Source of the DNA: Macrostomum hystrix | Taxonomy: Eukaryota; Animalia; Platyhelminthes | DNA: 64,000 nucleotides | Assembly (NCBI GenBank): GCA_950097015.1 | Contig: CATNEN010000008.1 | Coordinates: forward strand, 3,782,001 to 3,846,000 | Direction: 5' to 3' | Shown: positions 61,401 to 64,000 of the stretch, one piece after another | How positions within the stretch are numbered: position 1 is the stretch's first letter | How the letters are laid out: the number at the start of each line of letters is the position of its first letter | Notes under the pieces: model-generated | Seen by the model: the letters and a program-made list of their open reading frames with translations, nothing else | Database searches by the model: none | Told to the model about the DNA's origin: nothing | Program-made: the position numbers and the translations under genes

Positions 61401-63060
61401 TAGAGCTGTTAGGGGATAACTGGTAGCCTAGGGGCTAGATAGTAGAGCTGTTAGGGGATAGCTAGTAGGGGCTAGATAGTAGATCTGTTAGGGGATAACT
61501 GGTAGTGGCTAGCATAGGCCTAGATAATAGAGTTAGGGGATAGCATAGTTGGTAAGGCTAGCTAGTAGGGGCAGGCTGGTAGGGGCTAGATGGTAGAGCT
61601 GTTAGGGGATAGCTGGTAGCAGCTAGCATAGGCCTAAATAATAGAGTTAGGGAATAGCATAGTTGGTAGGGCTAGCTAGTAGGGGCTAGATGGTAGAGCT
61701 GTTAGGGGATAGCTGGTAGCAGCTAGCATAGGCCTAGATAATAGAGTTAGGGGATAACTGGTAGGGCTAGCTAGCCAGTAGGGGCAGGCTGGTAGGGGCT
61801 AGATGGTAGAGCTGTTAGGGGATAACTGGTAGCCTAGGGGCTAGATAGTAGAGCTGTTAGGGGATAGCTAGTAGGGGCTAGATAGTAGAGCTGTTAGGGG
61901 ATAACTGGTAGTGGCTAGCATAGGCCTAGATAATAGAGTTAGGGGATAACTGGTAGGGCTAGCTAGCCAGTAGGGGCAGGCTGGTAGGGGCTAGATGGTA
62001 GAGCTGTTAGGGGATAACTGGTAGCCTAGGGGCTAGATAGTAGAGCTGTTAGGGGATAGCTAGTAGGGGCTAGATAGTAGAGCTGTTAGGGGATAACTGG
62101 TAGTGGCTAGCATAGGCCTAGATAATAGAGTTAGGGGATAGCATAGTTGGTAGGGCTAGCTAGTAGGGGCTAGATGGTAGAGCTGTTAGGGGATAACTGG
62201 TAGTGGCTAGCATAGGCCTAGATAATAGAGTTAGGGGATAGCATAGTTGGTAGGGCTAGCTAGTAGGGGCAGGCTGGTAGGGGCTAGATGGTAGAGCTGT
62301 TAGGGGATAACTGGTAGTGGCTAGCATAGGCCTAGATAATAGAGTTAGGGGATAGCATAGTTGGTAGGGCTAGCTAGTAGGGGCAGGCTGGTAGGGGCTA
62401 GATGGTAGAGCTGTTAGGTGATAGCTGGTAGGGCTAGTTAGTAGGGGATAGCTAATAGGGGCTAGCTGGTAGGGGCTAGATAGTAGAGCTGTTAGGGGAT
62501 AGCTGGTAGGGCTAGCTAGTAGAGGCTAGATGGTAGAGCTGTTAGGGGCTAGCTGGTAGGGGCTGGAATAAATAAGAGAGTTAGGGGATAGCTGGTTGGG
62601 GCTAGGTAGTAGAACTTTTAGGGGATAGCTGGTAGGGCTACTTAGTAGGGGATAGCTGGTAGGGGCTAGATAGTAGAGCTGTTAGGGGATAGCTGGTAGG
62701 GGCTAGAAAAAAAATAATAGAGTTTGAGGCTAGCTGGTAGGGGCTAGAAAAGATAATAGAGCTGTTAGGGGATAGCTGGTAAGGCTAGCTAGTAGGGGCT
62801 AGCTGATAGGGGCTGGTAGAGGCAAGCTAGTGGGGTTGGTTGGAGCTAGCTTGTAGGGCTGGCAGGGCAGGTTGGGGTTGGGGCTAGCTGGCAGGCTGGT
62901 TGGGGCTAGATGGTAGGGCTTGTTGGGGCAGGCTGGTAGGTGCTAGCAGTATGTGCTGGCTAGTAGGGGCAAGCTGGTAGGGCTGGTAGCTCATAAGGGC
63001 TACTGATAAGGTTAGCTGGTAGGGTCTAGCAGGTAGAGCTTGCTGGCAGGGGCTTGCTCT
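58420..63060. repeat. G-rich complex satellite with higher-order structure
   Basis: Subunits such as GGGGCTAGATGGTAGAGCTGTTAGGGGATAACTGGTA and GCTAGCATAGGCCTAGATAATAGAGTTAGGGG; edges decay to ~12-bp units. Confidence 0.97.
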
Positions 63061-63478
63061 AGCTGTCAGGGGCTAACTGAAATATGGCAAGAGATGCTAT
63101 GAACCTAAGTATGAACCTAACTATGAACCTATGAACCTAACCTAAGCTAGTGGGAACATAAATGGGTTTGGCAAGAACACGGGATGTGGCAGATCGCTGG
63201 AGTGAAAATAGTTTTGCGGAAATTTAGCATCTTTGTTTTTTTACGTCTAGATCTATTTGTGTATTTATAAATTCATTCGTTGTACTTTTACGCTTCTTTC
63301 AGCAAATATGCGCTGGCGAAAGGCATCGGCTTGGAACATTTTTGTTTCCAGGCGCTATAAGCTTATGTCAGGATCATTTGCTGGTTGGTATTTGCTTAAA
63401 TTTGTTTCAACTTTTTATGCAGTTATTTTGTAGACCGTTCTTGTGCACTGGCGCCCAAACTCAATTGCTCATGCTCTG

Positions 63479-63790
63479 TGTAAAGTATGAAGTCCGCTCG
63501 AGAGTAGTTTAGTGTGGTGCGAAGAATCGTAAGGCCCCAGCTGGCCAAGCTTGCGACTTTTTATTTTAGCAAACCGTGGGGTGGTGCAACTATCGATTGG
63601 CATATCGATGTTCATATCGCGTGCATTGGCCCAACCAATTATCTGCCTGCGATATGTACATCGATATGCCAATCGATAGTTGCACCACCCCACGGTTTGC
63701 TCAAATAAAAAGTCGCAAGCTTGGCCAGCTGGGGCCTTACGATTCTTCGCACCACACTAAACTACTCTCGAGCGGACTTCATACTTTACA
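63479..63790. mobile_element. 312-bp hairpin MITE with TGT...ACA termini and 5-bp TSD (Ginger-like ends)
   Basis: 142-bp inverted arms (63479-63620 and 63649-63790; 2 mismatches seen), 28-bp spacer, direct repeat CTCTG at 63474-63478 and 63791-63795. Confidence 0.88.
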
Positions 63791-64000
63791 CTCTGCAAAC
63801 GTGCATCGCTGTTTATATATTAAGTATTGAAATACCAATAGTGTACGCTCGTACAAAATGCCACCCTGTGCCTAGACAAAATTTTAGGTAATCGGCAAAT
63901 GTAAATTTCGAAGCACCTGGAGGCCTTTACATTTCGCTCACATTTAAACACTTCCATTAAAAAAACAATTTTAGTTCGAATTCAAGCGCTCCGAAAGGCT

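Overview
Intron-containing animal genomic DNA, not prokaryotic. GC-rich coding exons, satellite-filled introns and splice acceptors just before start codons resemble the flatworm Macrostomum, but that is inference only. Genes reconstructed by hand from splice signals: (1) a beta-1,4-galactosyl/GalNAc-transferase (GT7) on + (~4.0-10.7 kb; N-terminal exon not found); (2) a SWAP70/DEF6-like EF-PH-coiled-coil gene on + (13.6-21.0 kb); (3) three tandem two-exon SVOP-like MFS transporters on - (21.8-34.0 kb), with a frameshifted WSC + PAN-like gene between the first two; (4) a tandem pair of intact three-exon genes of unrecognised family on - (35.1-40.3 kb), largely missed by the ORF track; (5) two tandem eEF2 genes on - (40.8-44.0 and 51.4-57.2 kb) separated by a 4.9-kb 28-bp satellite. 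The rest is about 20 tandem arrays, two tRNA-headed SINE families (one with a CORE-like domain), several MITEs and a piggyBac relic. Top observation: the 40.8-44.0 kb eEF2 copy is near-identical to its canonical neighbour over long tracts, including two introns. Its divergence is patchy and includes both domain IV tip loops (SKSPNKH->SKSRNKL; [13 protein letters not shown]->[13 protein letters not shown]), predicting a diphthamide-free, toxin-resistant eEF2. In this sequence it also carries a 10-bp frameshifting deletion, so whether it is functional is open. Repeat coordinates are approximate; exon coordinates were counted by hand.
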